NCBI GenBank assembly: GCA_019236545.1
Contig: JAFAIV010000343.1
Location: forward strand, 1-32,278
DNA length: 32,278 nucleotides
Source of the DNA: Actinomycetota bacterium
GTDB taxonomy: Bacteria > Actinomycetota > Thermoleophilia > Gaiellales > Gaiellaceae
Direction: 5' to 3'
The position numbers and the translations under genes are program-made. Below, piece by piece: positions 1 to 6,673 of this stretch; the first letter of the stretch is position 1, and every line of letters begins with the position of its first letter. The notes beneath the pieces were generated by a model. That model ran no database searches. It saw only the letters and a program-made list of their open reading frames with translations, and had not been told where the DNA came from.

Positions 1-1175
1 GTGATCAGGAGCTGCTGCCGCGTCTCCTCCGGCAGGTCGCGGTGGACGAGCGTCGCCAGCGCGCCGTAGACCGAGGCGGCCGGCGTGCGGAGCTCGTGCG
101 AGGCGATGGCGACGAAGTTCAGCTTGAGCTCGTCGAGCATCACCGTCTCCTGGTGCAGGCGCGCACGCTCGATCGCGAGCGCGACCCGCTCCGCGACGAG
201 CGAGAGCAGCTCGACGTCGTCCTGCGTGAAGCGGCGGAAGGTGAGCGTGCCGACGTGGAGGACGCCGATCGCCTCGCCCGCGACGAGCAGCGGCACGCCG
301 AGCATCGAGCGGATCTGCTTCTGGCGGAGGATCGGGTTCCAGACCTGGTAGTGGTCGAGGTCGTCGATGATCACCGGGTGCTTCTCGGCGGCGACGCGGC
401 CGGCGAAACCGGCGCCGAGCGGGATGCGGACTCCAGCCTCGACCTCCTCCTCGATCCCGAGCGCGGCGCGCGCCACGAGCTCGTCGGTCGACGCGTCCAC
501 GAGCAGGACGGCGCAGGTGTCCGTCCTGAGAATGTCGCGGATCCGCGGGAGGAGCACCGCGAGCAGATCGTCGAGCTCGAGGTGGGCAAGGGCCGCGTCG
601 GTGACGGCCTGGACGTGCTCGAGCCGCTGGCGGGCGAGCCGCTCCGCCTCGAACAGGCGCGCGTGCTCGATCGCGATCGCGGCCCGGTCCGCGGCGAGCT
701 GGAGCATCTCGATGTCGCCGTCGCGGAAGAGGCGCGGCGTGAGCGAGCCCACGTGGAGGACGCCGATCGAGTCGCCGCCGACGAGGAGCGGCACGCCGAG
801 CATCGACTTGATCCCCTTGTCGCGGAGGATCGGGTTGAGGACGTCGGAGTGGTCGACGTCGTCGAGGACGACGGGTGAGCGTTGCGCGGCGACGCGGCCC
901 GCGAAGCCGCGGCCGAGCGGGATGCGGACGCCCGCCTCGACCTCCTCCTCGATTCCGACGGCCGCGCGCGCGACAAGCTCGCCGCTCGCCTCGTCGAGGA
1001 GCAGCACGGCGCACGTGTCCACGGCGAGCATGTCCCGGGTGCGCTCGAGCAGCGCGCCCAGGAGCTGCTCGAGCTCGAGATGCGCCAATGCTGCATCCGT
1101 CAACGACTGCAGCCGACGGAGTCGTTCAGCATCGTGAACGAGTTCGGACCCCACCGGCGCGGAATGGTAGGGCAC
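1..1175 (-). CDS. Sensor histidine kinase, N-terminal part (GAF-GAF-HisKA); 3' end runs off the left window edge
   Basis: Absent from the ORF track because there is no stop in the window. My reverse-strand translation is open from GTG 1175 (alternative GTG 1154; upstream stop at 1182-1184) down to position 1. It reads VPYHSAPVGSELVHDAERLRRLQSLTDAALAHLELEQLL...GRGFAGRVAA...SMLGVPLLVGGDSIGVLHVGS (GAF 1). Then ...LAHLELDDLL...GAGFAGRVAAEKHPVIIDD...SMLGVPLLVAGEAIGVLHVGT (GAF 2), then DELKLNFVAIASHELRTPAASV (H-box). Strong GC3 bias in this frame. The listed ORFs 42..878(+), 367..1137(+) and 371..1096(-) are shadows of it. Confidence 0.85.
   Translation of the reverse strand, partial: MPYHSAPVGSELVHDAERLRRLQSLTDAALAHLELEQLLGALLERTRDMLAVDTCAVLLLDEASGELVARAAVGIEEEVEAGVRIPLGRGFAGRVAAQRSPVVLDDVDHSDVLNPILRDKGIKSMLGVPLLVGGDSIGVLHVGSLTPRLFRDGDIEMLQLAADRAAIAIEHARLFEAERLARQRLEHVQAVTDAALAHLELDDLLAVLLPRIRDILRTDTCAVLLVDASTDELVARAALGIEEEVEAGVRIPLGAGFAGRVAAEKHPVIIDDLDHYQVWNPILRQKQIRSMLGVPLLVAGEAIGVLHVGTLTFRRFTQDDVELLSLVAERVALAIERARLHQETVMLDELKLNFVAIASHELRTPAASVYGALATLVHRDLPEETRQQLLI
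95..1090 (-). repeat. Intragenic tandem duplication (two GAF-domain modules, period 498 nt = 166 codons)
   Basis: Landmarks recur at an offset of exactly 498 nt. gtcgagctcgaggtg at 570 matches ctcgagctcgagatg at 1068. gacgccgatc at 261 matches the same string at 759. The gagcgggatgcggac...ctcgacctcctcctcgat blocks also recur. The two protein copies align end to end. Confidence 0.8.
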
Positions 1176-1213
1176 CTGGAGTCAACGCGTGCGGAGGCGG
1201 GTAGGTACGGCCC

Positions 1214-1414
1214 ATGAGGAAGAAACGACTCGCGCGCGAGCTTCGCGCGCTCAGCGAGCAACACGAACGGCTCCAGGAGGCACATCGCCGCCTCGCGGCG
1301 CACACCGAGGTGATCGCGGTCGCGGTGCGCTCGCCCGACCTCGTGCCGCAGGCCGACCTCGACGAGGCGATCGCGGGCGTCCACGCGCTGAACGCCCCAA
1401 CCGTCGGGCCGTAG
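1214..1414 (+). CDS. Hypothetical small protein (66 aa, helical/coiled-coil-like)
   Basis: ATG ORF with mostly G/C third positions (MRKKRLARELRALSEQHERLQEAHRRL...). GGAGG lies 17 nt upstream, which is far. No recognisable family. Confidence 0.45.
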   Translation: MRKKRLARELRALSEQHERLQEAHRRLAAHTEVIAVAVRSPDLVPQADLDEAIAGVHALNAPTVGP

Positions 1415-1487
1415 TTTCCCTGGTTTCGAACCGGACACAGGACCGGAACACTGCGTTCACGCAGTCCGGCACTCGAAGGGGGTCACA

Positions 1488-1724
1488 ATGCAGACCGTCG
1501 TCGCCCGTTTCCACCACCTGAGCCGCGATCTGGAGGAGATCGAGGACGAGCTCCGCGCGAACGGCGCGCCCGACGCGCAGATCACGGGCTACGTCGTCGC
1601 GATGACCTTCGACACGGACTCGCACAAGAAGGCGGCCGCGGACGCGCGCCGCGCCCTCGACGGCATGGGCGCGACGCGCATCAAGATCATCAAGCGGCAC
1701 GGCGACGTCACGGCGCCGGTGTAG
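1488..1724 (+). CDS. Hypothetical small protein (78 aa)
   Basis: ATG preceded by GAAGGGGG at good spacing, with strong GC3 bias throughout. Translation MQTVVARFHHLSRDLEEIEDELRANGAPDAQITGYVVAMTFDTDSHKKAAADARRALDGMGATRIKIIKRHG. No family recognised. Confidence 0.65.
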   Translation: MQTVVARFHHLSRDLEEIEDELRANGAPDAQITGYVVAMTFDTDSHKKAAADARRALDGMGATRIKIIKRHGDVTAPV

Positions 1725-2361
1725 GCACCGCCCGGCCGACGACGAGGGGCGCCACGACCGGCGGCATCGCCCGCCACCGCGCGGGCCGCAGGTCCGTCTC
1801 GAAGCCCGCCGCCCGCAGGATCTCCTCCGTCTCCTGGTCGCAACGGCAGCCGCGCGCGAAGCTCGCCCACGGCCCGCGGAGCAGCCGCTGCACTCCGGCG
1901 AGGACGCGACCGTGCGCGCGCACGTGCTCGATCAGGAGGAGCCTTCCGCCGGGCCGGAGGACGCGCCGGATCTCGCCGAGCGTCGCCCGCGGTTCGGACA
2001 CCGTGCAGAGCACGAGCGTCGAGACCACCGTGTCGACGGAGCCGTCCGCGAACGGGAGCCGCTCCGCGGGCGCCGCGACGACGGTGGCGCGGCCGGCCGC
2101 CCGGCGCCGAAGCTTGCGGTACATCGACGGATCCGGCTCGGTGAGGATCAGCTCCGTGACGTCCTTCGGGTAGTGCGGGACGTTGAGGCCGGTCCCGGCG
2201 CCGATCTCGAGGGTGCGGCCGCGAGCCTCCCGGAGCAGCTCGCTCCGGCGGCGGCTCATCCCGAACACCTCACCCGGCCGCAGGGTCGTGTCGTAGATCA
2301 GGGCGAATCCGGTCGCCCACCATGTCTGCCGCTCCTTGGCGGCGAGTGCGATGTCTGTCAT
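1708..2361 (-). CDS. Class I SAM-dependent methyltransferase (Methyltransf_11-like)
   Basis: Motif I TLEIGAGTGLN, then ILTEPD, then post-I/II motifs VVSTLVLCTV and LRPGGRLLLIEH. The ORF track starts at 2397; I prefer the internal ATG 2361 (MTDIALAAKERQTWW...). The start is uncertain. Confidence 0.85.
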   Translation of the reverse strand: MTDIALAAKERQTWWATGFALIYDTTLRPGEVFGMSRRRSELLREARGRTLEIGAGTGLNVPHYPKDVTELILTEPDPSMYRKLRRRAAGRATVVAAPAERLPFADGSVDTVVSTLVLCTVSEPRATLGEIRRVLRPGGRLLLIEHVRAHGRVLAGVQRLLRGPWASFARGCRCDQETEEILRAAGFETDLRPARWRAMPPVVAPLVVGRAVPTPAP

Positions 2362-2431
2362 GCGACGAGCGTGCCCGGCGTCGCCGCCGCTGCGCATCGC
2401 CCGCAGCGGCCATCCGGCCAGGATGGCCGAT

Positions 2432-3460
2432 TCAGATCAGCCCGAGGCGCGCGGCCTCGGCGACGGCGGCGGTGCGCGACGTGCTGCCGAGCTTGCGGCG
2501 GATGTTCGCCACGTGCCGGTGCACCGTGTGCGGGCTGAGCACGAGCTGCTCGGCGATCTCCTCGTCGGTGAGGCCGCGGGCGACGAGCCCGAGCACCTCC
2601 CGTTCCCGCTCCGAGAGGAGCCGGGACTCCTCGGCGGCGGGCGCGGCGGAGACGCCTCGGCAGGCTCGCACGACGGCGTCCGAATCCTCGTACCACGGCA
2701 GGTGCGCCTTCCCGGCGAGCGGGACGAAGGTCGCGTCCGGCAGCGCGGCGGCGAGCTCGCGGCCGAGCGCGTACGGCACCGCGCGGTCGAAGCGGCGGTG
2801 CAGCACGACGGCGGGCGCCGCGACGTTCGGCACGTCGGCCGTGACGTCGACGGAGTAGACGAACTCGAGCAGCCGCGCCGCCGTCTCCGCATCCGTGGAC
2901 TCCCGCTGCAGGCGCGCGAGCCGCGCCTGCGCCCCGTCGGTGTCGTCGCCGAGGAAGCTCTGCGCCAGCAGGCGCGACCCGAGCCCCCAGTGGGAGCGGA
3001 TCGCCGCGACGACCGCCGCCCGCACGTCCGCCGGCGCGACGTCCACCCCGCGCGCGTACGCGCCGTAGAGGATCAGCCGCTCGACGCGATCCGGATGGCG
3101 CGCCGCGAACGCGACCGCCGTGCACCCGCCCGACGAGCCGCCCATCAGCGTCACCCGCTCCGCGCCGAGATGGTCGAGCAGCGCCTCGAGGCACGCGAGC
3201 TCCGCGTCCAGCGTGAAGTCCGACGGCCCCACCTCGCGGTCGGAGAGGCCGACGCCGACCCGGTCGTACCGGACGAGCGCGGAGCCCGCGCCGAGGTTCC
3301 GCCAGAACCGCGTGTACTGCGGGTCGGTCGCGTCCGCCTCGAGATGGCTCACCCACCACGCCGGCGCGACCAGGAACGGCCCGTCGCCCTCGACCTCGTA
3401 CGCGACGCGCCTGCCCGACCACTCGAGGAACTGGACCGCCGCGCTAGCTCCCGCTGCGAT
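2432..3460 (-). CDS. One-component regulator: N-terminal alpha/beta-hydrolase fold domain fused to a C-terminal LuxR/FixJ-type HTH
   Basis: C-terminus LSEREREVLGLVARGLTDEEIAEQLVLSPHTVHRHVANIRRKLG is a LuxR HTH. The N-terminal domain has a nucleophile elbow (LMGGSSGGC), a later Asp (HRRFDRAVP) and His (GKAHLPW). The first canonical start is GTG 3352. The frame stays open up to the stop at 3464-3466 and encodes VQFLEWSGRRVAYEVEGDGPFLVAPAWW, a typical hydrolase N-terminal strand region. I therefore extend to ATC 3460; the start is uncertain (see findings). Confidence 0.8.
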   Translation of the reverse strand: MAAGASAAVQFLEWSGRRVAYEVEGDGPFLVAPAWWVSHLEADATDPQYTRFWRNLGAGSALVRYDRVGVGLSDREVGPSDFTLDAELACLEALLDHLGAERVTLMGGSSGGCTAVAFAARHPDRVERLILYGAYARGVDVAPADVRAAVVAAIRSHWGLGSRLLAQSFLGDDTDGAQARLARLQRESTDAETAARLLEFVYSVDVTADVPNVAAPAVVLHRRFDRAVPYALGRELAAALPDATFVPLAGKAHLPWYEDSDAVVRACRGVSAAPAAEESRLLSEREREVLGLVARGLTDEEIAEQLVLSPHTVHRHVANIRRKLGSTSRTAAVAEAARLGLI

Positions 3461-3836
3461 CGATCAGCTCGATCCGGTAACCGTCCGGGTCGCGCACGAA
3501 GCAGAGGAGCGAGCCGCCCTCGCGGACTCGGTACGGCTCCCGCTCCGGCTCGATGCCCTGCTCCTTCAGCTGCGCGAGCGTCTGCCCCAGGTCGTCGACG
3601 CCGACCGCGATGTGGCCGTACGCGGTGCCCATCTCGTACGTGCGGCCGTCGTGGTTGTACGTCAGCTCGAGCACCGAGCGCTGGTCGCCGATGCCGAAGA
3701 AGTAGTTCGTCGCCTCGAGCTCGCCGTTGCGGACGATGTCCATGTCGTGCTCGAACGTGAAGCCGAGGGCCTCGTAGAAGCCGCGGCTGCGCTCCGGATC
3801 CGTGATCCGCACCATCGTGTGGAGGAAGGTCGCCAT
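3444..3836 (-). CDS. gloA: Lactoylglutathione lyase (glyoxalase I), VOC superfamily
   Basis: Alignable by eye along its length with E. coli GloA. Shared blocks: FLHTMVRITDPERSRGFY, LELTYNHDG, GTAYGHIAVGVDD, VRDPDGYRIELI. Confidence 0.9.
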   Translation of the reverse strand: MATFLHTMVRITDPERSRGFYEALGFTFEHDMDIVRNGELEATNYFFGIGDQRSVLELTYNHDGRTYEMGTAYGHIAVGVDDLGQTLAQLKEQGIEPEREPYRVREGGSLLCFVRDPDGYRIELIDRSGS

Positions 3837-3954
3837 GACCGGATCCTACGCCGCGCGGCCTCGTGAGCTTTACCTCGAATTTGCGTTGCCGCTCACGAAA
3901 ACACCGATAACACGACATGGCAGGATCGAACCCCCGACCCAACGGAGCACACAG

Positions 3955-4578
3955 ATGAGATTGCGGACTCTCGCCATCGTCGCCGCCGCGGCGCTGTGCG
4001 TCGCGGCCCCGGCCGCGCTCGCCGACAACGGCACCACGACGACGACCACGACGACCACCACCTCGACGACGCCCGCCGGCGGCCACGGAGGCAAGTGCCA
4101 GGGCCAGACGACCCCGACGATCGACACCTCTCAGGTGCAGGCGGACATCGCCAAGCTGAACACCGACGTGCAGACGCGCCACCAGACGCTGGACTCCGAC
4201 ATCCAGGCGCTGACCTCCGACGCGCAGGGCGGGGCGAGCGCCGACACGCTCAAGGCCGACCGGGCGAAGACGCAGTCGGACTTCGCGACGAACGAGTCGG
4301 TCGTCAAGCAGGACCGCGCGCAGGTCGAGTCGGACTCGAAGTCCCTGATTCAGTCGGTCGACAAGGGCTGCGGCGCCCGCAAGGCGGCGCACGACCAGCT
4401 CGAGGCCCTGCGCAAGAGCGCCGCGCAGGCGCTCCAGGCGGAGCTCGTCCAGTTCAAGCAGGAGAACCAGCAGCTCCGGGACGCGGCGAAGGCCGCCGTC
4501 CAGCAGGACCACCAGCAGCACGGCAAGGGCTCGGGCCACTCCGGCACGACCCCGACCACGACGACCACCGGCAAGTAG
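3955..4578 (+). CDS. Secreted protein with signal peptide, terminal poly-Thr tracts and a Q/D/S/K-rich helical core
   Basis: ATG 3955 has GGAG 8 nt upstream. MRLRTLAIVAAAALCVAAPAALA-DNG looks like a Sec signal peptide. T10-S-TT spans 4033-4071 and GTTPTTTTTGK lies at the C-terminus. The track start at 3802 adds an implausible extension that overlaps gloA. Confidence 0.75.
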   Translation: MRLRTLAIVAAAALCVAAPAALADNGTTTTTTTTTTSTTPAGGHGGKCQGQTTPTIDTSQVQADIAKLNTDVQTRHQTLDSDIQALTSDAQGGASADTLKADRAKTQSDFATNESVVKQDRAQVESDSKSLIQSVDKGCGARKAAHDQLEALRKSAAQALQAELVQFKQENQQLRDAAKAAVQQDHQQHGKGSGHSGTTPTTTTTGK

Positions 4579-4591
4579 CCGGCATCCGGGA

Positions 4592-4636
4592 CGGCCGGGA
4601 TTCGCACGGGCTCGTGAAGCCGTAGGATCCCGGCCG
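4592..4636 (+). promoter_or_regulatory. 10-bp inverted repeat CGGCCGGGAT-N25-ATCCCGGCCG abutting the SDR start codon
   Basis: Arms at 4592-4601 and 4627-4636 are perfectly complementary. The right arm ends 1 nt before ATG 4637 and overlaps the AGGA Shine-Dalgarno-like element (4624-4627). Confidence 0.3.
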
Positions 4637-5425
4637 ATGCCCGTGCTCGACGGCAGGGCGGCGATCGTCACCGGCGGCGCGACGCTGATCGGTCGCGCCG
4701 TCGTGCGCGCCCTGCACGCGGCGGGCGCCTCCGTCGCCGTCGCGGACATCGACGAGGACGGCGGCCGCGCCCTCGCGGACGAGCTCGGCGAGCGCGTCCT
4801 CTTCGTCCCGACCGACCTCCGCGAGGACGCGCAGGTCGAGGCGCTCGTCCAGAACGCGGTCGGCGCCTTCGGCGGCCTGGACATCCTCGTCAACCTCGCC
4901 ACGAGCTACGTCGACGAGGGCCTCGCCTCGCCGCGCGAGGACTGGCTCGAGTCGCTGAACGTGAACGTCGTCTCGCCCGTCATGTGCGCGCGCGCCGCGC
5001 ACCCTCACCTGAAGTCGAGCGGCCACGGCGCCATCGTCAACTTCACGTCGATCTCCGCGAAGGTCGCGCAGACGGGCCGCTGGCTCTACCCGGTCGGCAA
5101 GGCCGCACTGGTGCAGCTCACGCGGAACATGGCGATGGACCTCGCGCCGGACGGGATCCGCGTGAACTCCGTCTCGCCCGGCTGGACGTGGTCGCGCGTG
5201 ATGGTCGAGCTCTCGGGGGACGACCGCGAGAAGACGAACCGCGTCGCCGCGCCGTTCCACCTCCTCGGCCGCGTCGGCGACCCCGAGGAGGTCGCGAACG
5301 TCGTCGTCTTCCTCTGCAGCGACGAGGCCTCCTTCGTGACCGGCGCCGACTGGGCGGTCGACGGCGGCTATTCCGCGATGGGCCCCGAGCAGGCGGAGCC
5401 CGCCATCCCCAAGCTGATGGAATGA
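4637..5425 (+). CDS. Short-chain dehydrogenase/reductase (SDR) family oxidoreductase
   Basis: TGGATLIGRA cofactor motif, LVNLA, catalytic S...YPVGK, and the C-terminal FLCSDEASFVTGADWAVDGG typical of classical SDRs. Confidence 0.9.
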   Translation: MPVLDGRAAIVTGGATLIGRAVVRALHAAGASVAVADIDEDGGRALADELGERVLFVPTDLREDAQVEALVQNAVGAFGGLDILVNLATSYVDEGLASPREDWLESLNVNVVSPVMCARAAHPHLKSSGHGAIVNFTSISAKVAQTGRWLYPVGKAALVQLTRNMAMDLAPDGIRVNSVSPGWTWSRVMVELSGDDREKTNRVAAPFHLLGRVGDPEEVANVVVFLCSDEASFVTGADWAVDGGYSAMGPEQAEPAIPKLME

Positions 5426-5434
5426 GGTGACCTG

Positions 5435-6673
5435 ATGAGCAAGATCCTGATCGTCGGCGGCGGCCAGGGAGGGCTCCAGCTCGCGCTCGGCCTGCTGCAG
5501 GACGGCCACGACGTCACCGTCGTGTCCAACCGCACGCCGGACGACATCCGCACCGGCCGCGTCATGTCGAGTCAGTGCATGTTCGACGCGGCGCTCCAGA
5601 CCGAGCGCGACCTCGGCCTGAACGAGTGGGAGGGCGAGTGCCCGCCGATCGAGGGCATCTCCCTCGCGGTGCCGGCGCCGGACGGCTCCGGGAACAAGGC
5701 GATCGACTGGGCCTCGCGCCTCGACCGCTACGCGCAGTCCGTCGACCAGCGCGTGAAGATGCCCGGCTGGATGGACCGGTTCGAGCGCGAGGGCGGCCGG
5801 CTCCTCATCCACGACGCGGGCGTCGACGACCTCGAGGACTACGCGCGGGAGAACGACCTGGTCGTCGTCGCGGCGGGCAAGGGCGAGATCGTCCGTCTGT
5901 TCGAGCGCGACCCGGAGCGCTCGCCGTACGACCAGCCGATGCGCGCGCTCGCGCTCACCTACGTCACCGGGATGACACCGCGGCCGGACTACTCGGCGGT
6001 CTGCTTCAACCTCGTCCCGACCGTCGGCGAGTACTTCGTCTTCCCGGCCCTCACCACGAGCGGGCCGTGCGAGATCATGGTCTTCGAGGGCGTCCCCGGC
6101 GGGCCGATGGACTGCTGGGCCGACGTGACGACGCCGCAGGAGCACCTCGCGAAGTCGAAGTGGATCCTCGAGACGTTCATGCCGTGGGAGGCCGAGCGCT
6201 GCCACGACATCCGACTCACGGACGACAACGGCATCCTCGCCGGACGCTTCCCGCCCACGGTGCGCAAGCCGGTCGCGCGGCTGCCGTCGGGCGCGCTCGT
6301 GCTGGGGATGGCCGACGCGGTCATGCTCAACGACCCGATCACCGGCCAGGGCTCGAACAACGCCGCGAAGATGGCGACCGCCTACCACGAGGCGATCCGC
6401 CGCCAGGGCGACGGCCCCTTCGACCGCGCCTTCATGGAGCGGGCGTTCGAGGACTTCTGGCAGGGCTACGGCCAGTTCGTCACGACCTGGACGAACGCGC
6501 TGCTCTCGCCGCCGCCGGAGCACGTCCTCAAGCTGCTGATGGCCGGCAACGGGAGCCCGGAGGTCGCGCACCGCTTCGTCAACGGCTTCGACAACCCGGT
6601 CGACTACTTCGACTGGTTCATGTTCCCCGACAAGGCGGAGGCGTACCTGGCCGAGGTCGGCGCGGCGGCTTGA
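5435..6673 (+). CDS. styA1: StyA1-type FAD-dependent styrene/indole monooxygenase (epoxidase subunit, group E flavoprotein monooxygenase)
   Basis: ILIVGGGQGGLQLALGL dinucleotide fold. StyA-like blocks include NDPITGQGSNNAAK and WTNALLSPPPEHVLKLL...FVNGFDNP, comparable to the Pseudomonas StyA C-terminus RWTNFTL...PPEFL...FTDNFNYP. GAGGTGA lies 5 nt before ATG 5435, which is 9 nt after the SDR stop. Confidence 0.85.
   Translation: MSKILIVGGGQGGLQLALGLLQDGHDVTVVSNRTPDDIRTGRVMSSQCMFDAALQTERDLGLNEWEGECPPIEGISLAVPAPDGSGNKAIDWASRLDRYAQSVDQRVKMPGWMDRFEREGGRLLIHDAGVDDLEDYARENDLVVVAAGKGEIVRLFERDPERSPYDQPMRALALTYVTGMTPRPDYSAVCFNLVPTVGEYFVFPALTTSGPCEIMVFEGVPGGPMDCWADVTTPQEHLAKSKWILETFMPWEAERCHDIRLTDDNGILAGRFPPTVRKPVARLPSGALVLGMADAVMLNDPITGQGSNNAAKMATAYHEAIRRQGDGPFDRAFMERAFEDFWQGYGQFVTTWTNALLSPPPEHVLKLLMAGNGSPEVAHRFVNGFDNPVDYFDWFMFPDKAEAYLAEVGAAA

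Noticed and set aside
1419-1436. GGTTTCGAACC, resembling a tRNA T-loop (GGTTCGAATCC), which could indicate a tRNA or an att remnant.
   Set aside because: The flanking bases do not form a T-stem. No acceptor, D or anticodon arms could be built from the surrounding 80 nt.
3802-3954. N-terminal extension of the secreted-protein ORF (track start 3802).
   Set aside because: It overlaps gloA and lacks coding bias. The internal ATG 3955 has a GGAG SD and is immediately followed by a canonical signal peptide.
4033-4071. ACG/ACC trinucleotide run considered as a non-coding tandem repeat or CRISPR-like feature.
   Set aside because: It is in frame within a well-supported secreted-protein gene and simply encodes poly-Thr. 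No spacer/repeat architecture is present anywhere in the window.
4454-6571. Long minus-strand ORF (705 aa) antisense to the SDR and styA1 genes. The same class includes 15310..17493(-), 20949..23018(-), 24668..27019(-), 29867..32053(-), 13401..15122(-), 23071..24528(-), 3349..4902(-), 2358..3422(-), 10453..11619(-) and 7714..8730(-).
   Set aside because: Their Arg/Asp/Glu/Pro/Gly-rich low-complexity translations show no domain signatures. Each lies exactly opposite a gene with clear motifs and strong GC3 bias. Stop-free antisense frames are expected in very high-GC DNA.
5575-6669. 5' 1.1 kb of the 936-aa ORF 5575..8385, and similar long same-strand off-frame ORFs (6813..9548, 9589..10485, 25951..27144, 28337..30055, 2336..3760, 17150..18661, 20821..20964).
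   Set aside because: The upstream parts are Arg/Pro-rich shadows overlapping real genes in another frame. Only the 3' portions (styA2B, LysR, bolA, ycaQ paralog 2, purN) carry recognisable domains.
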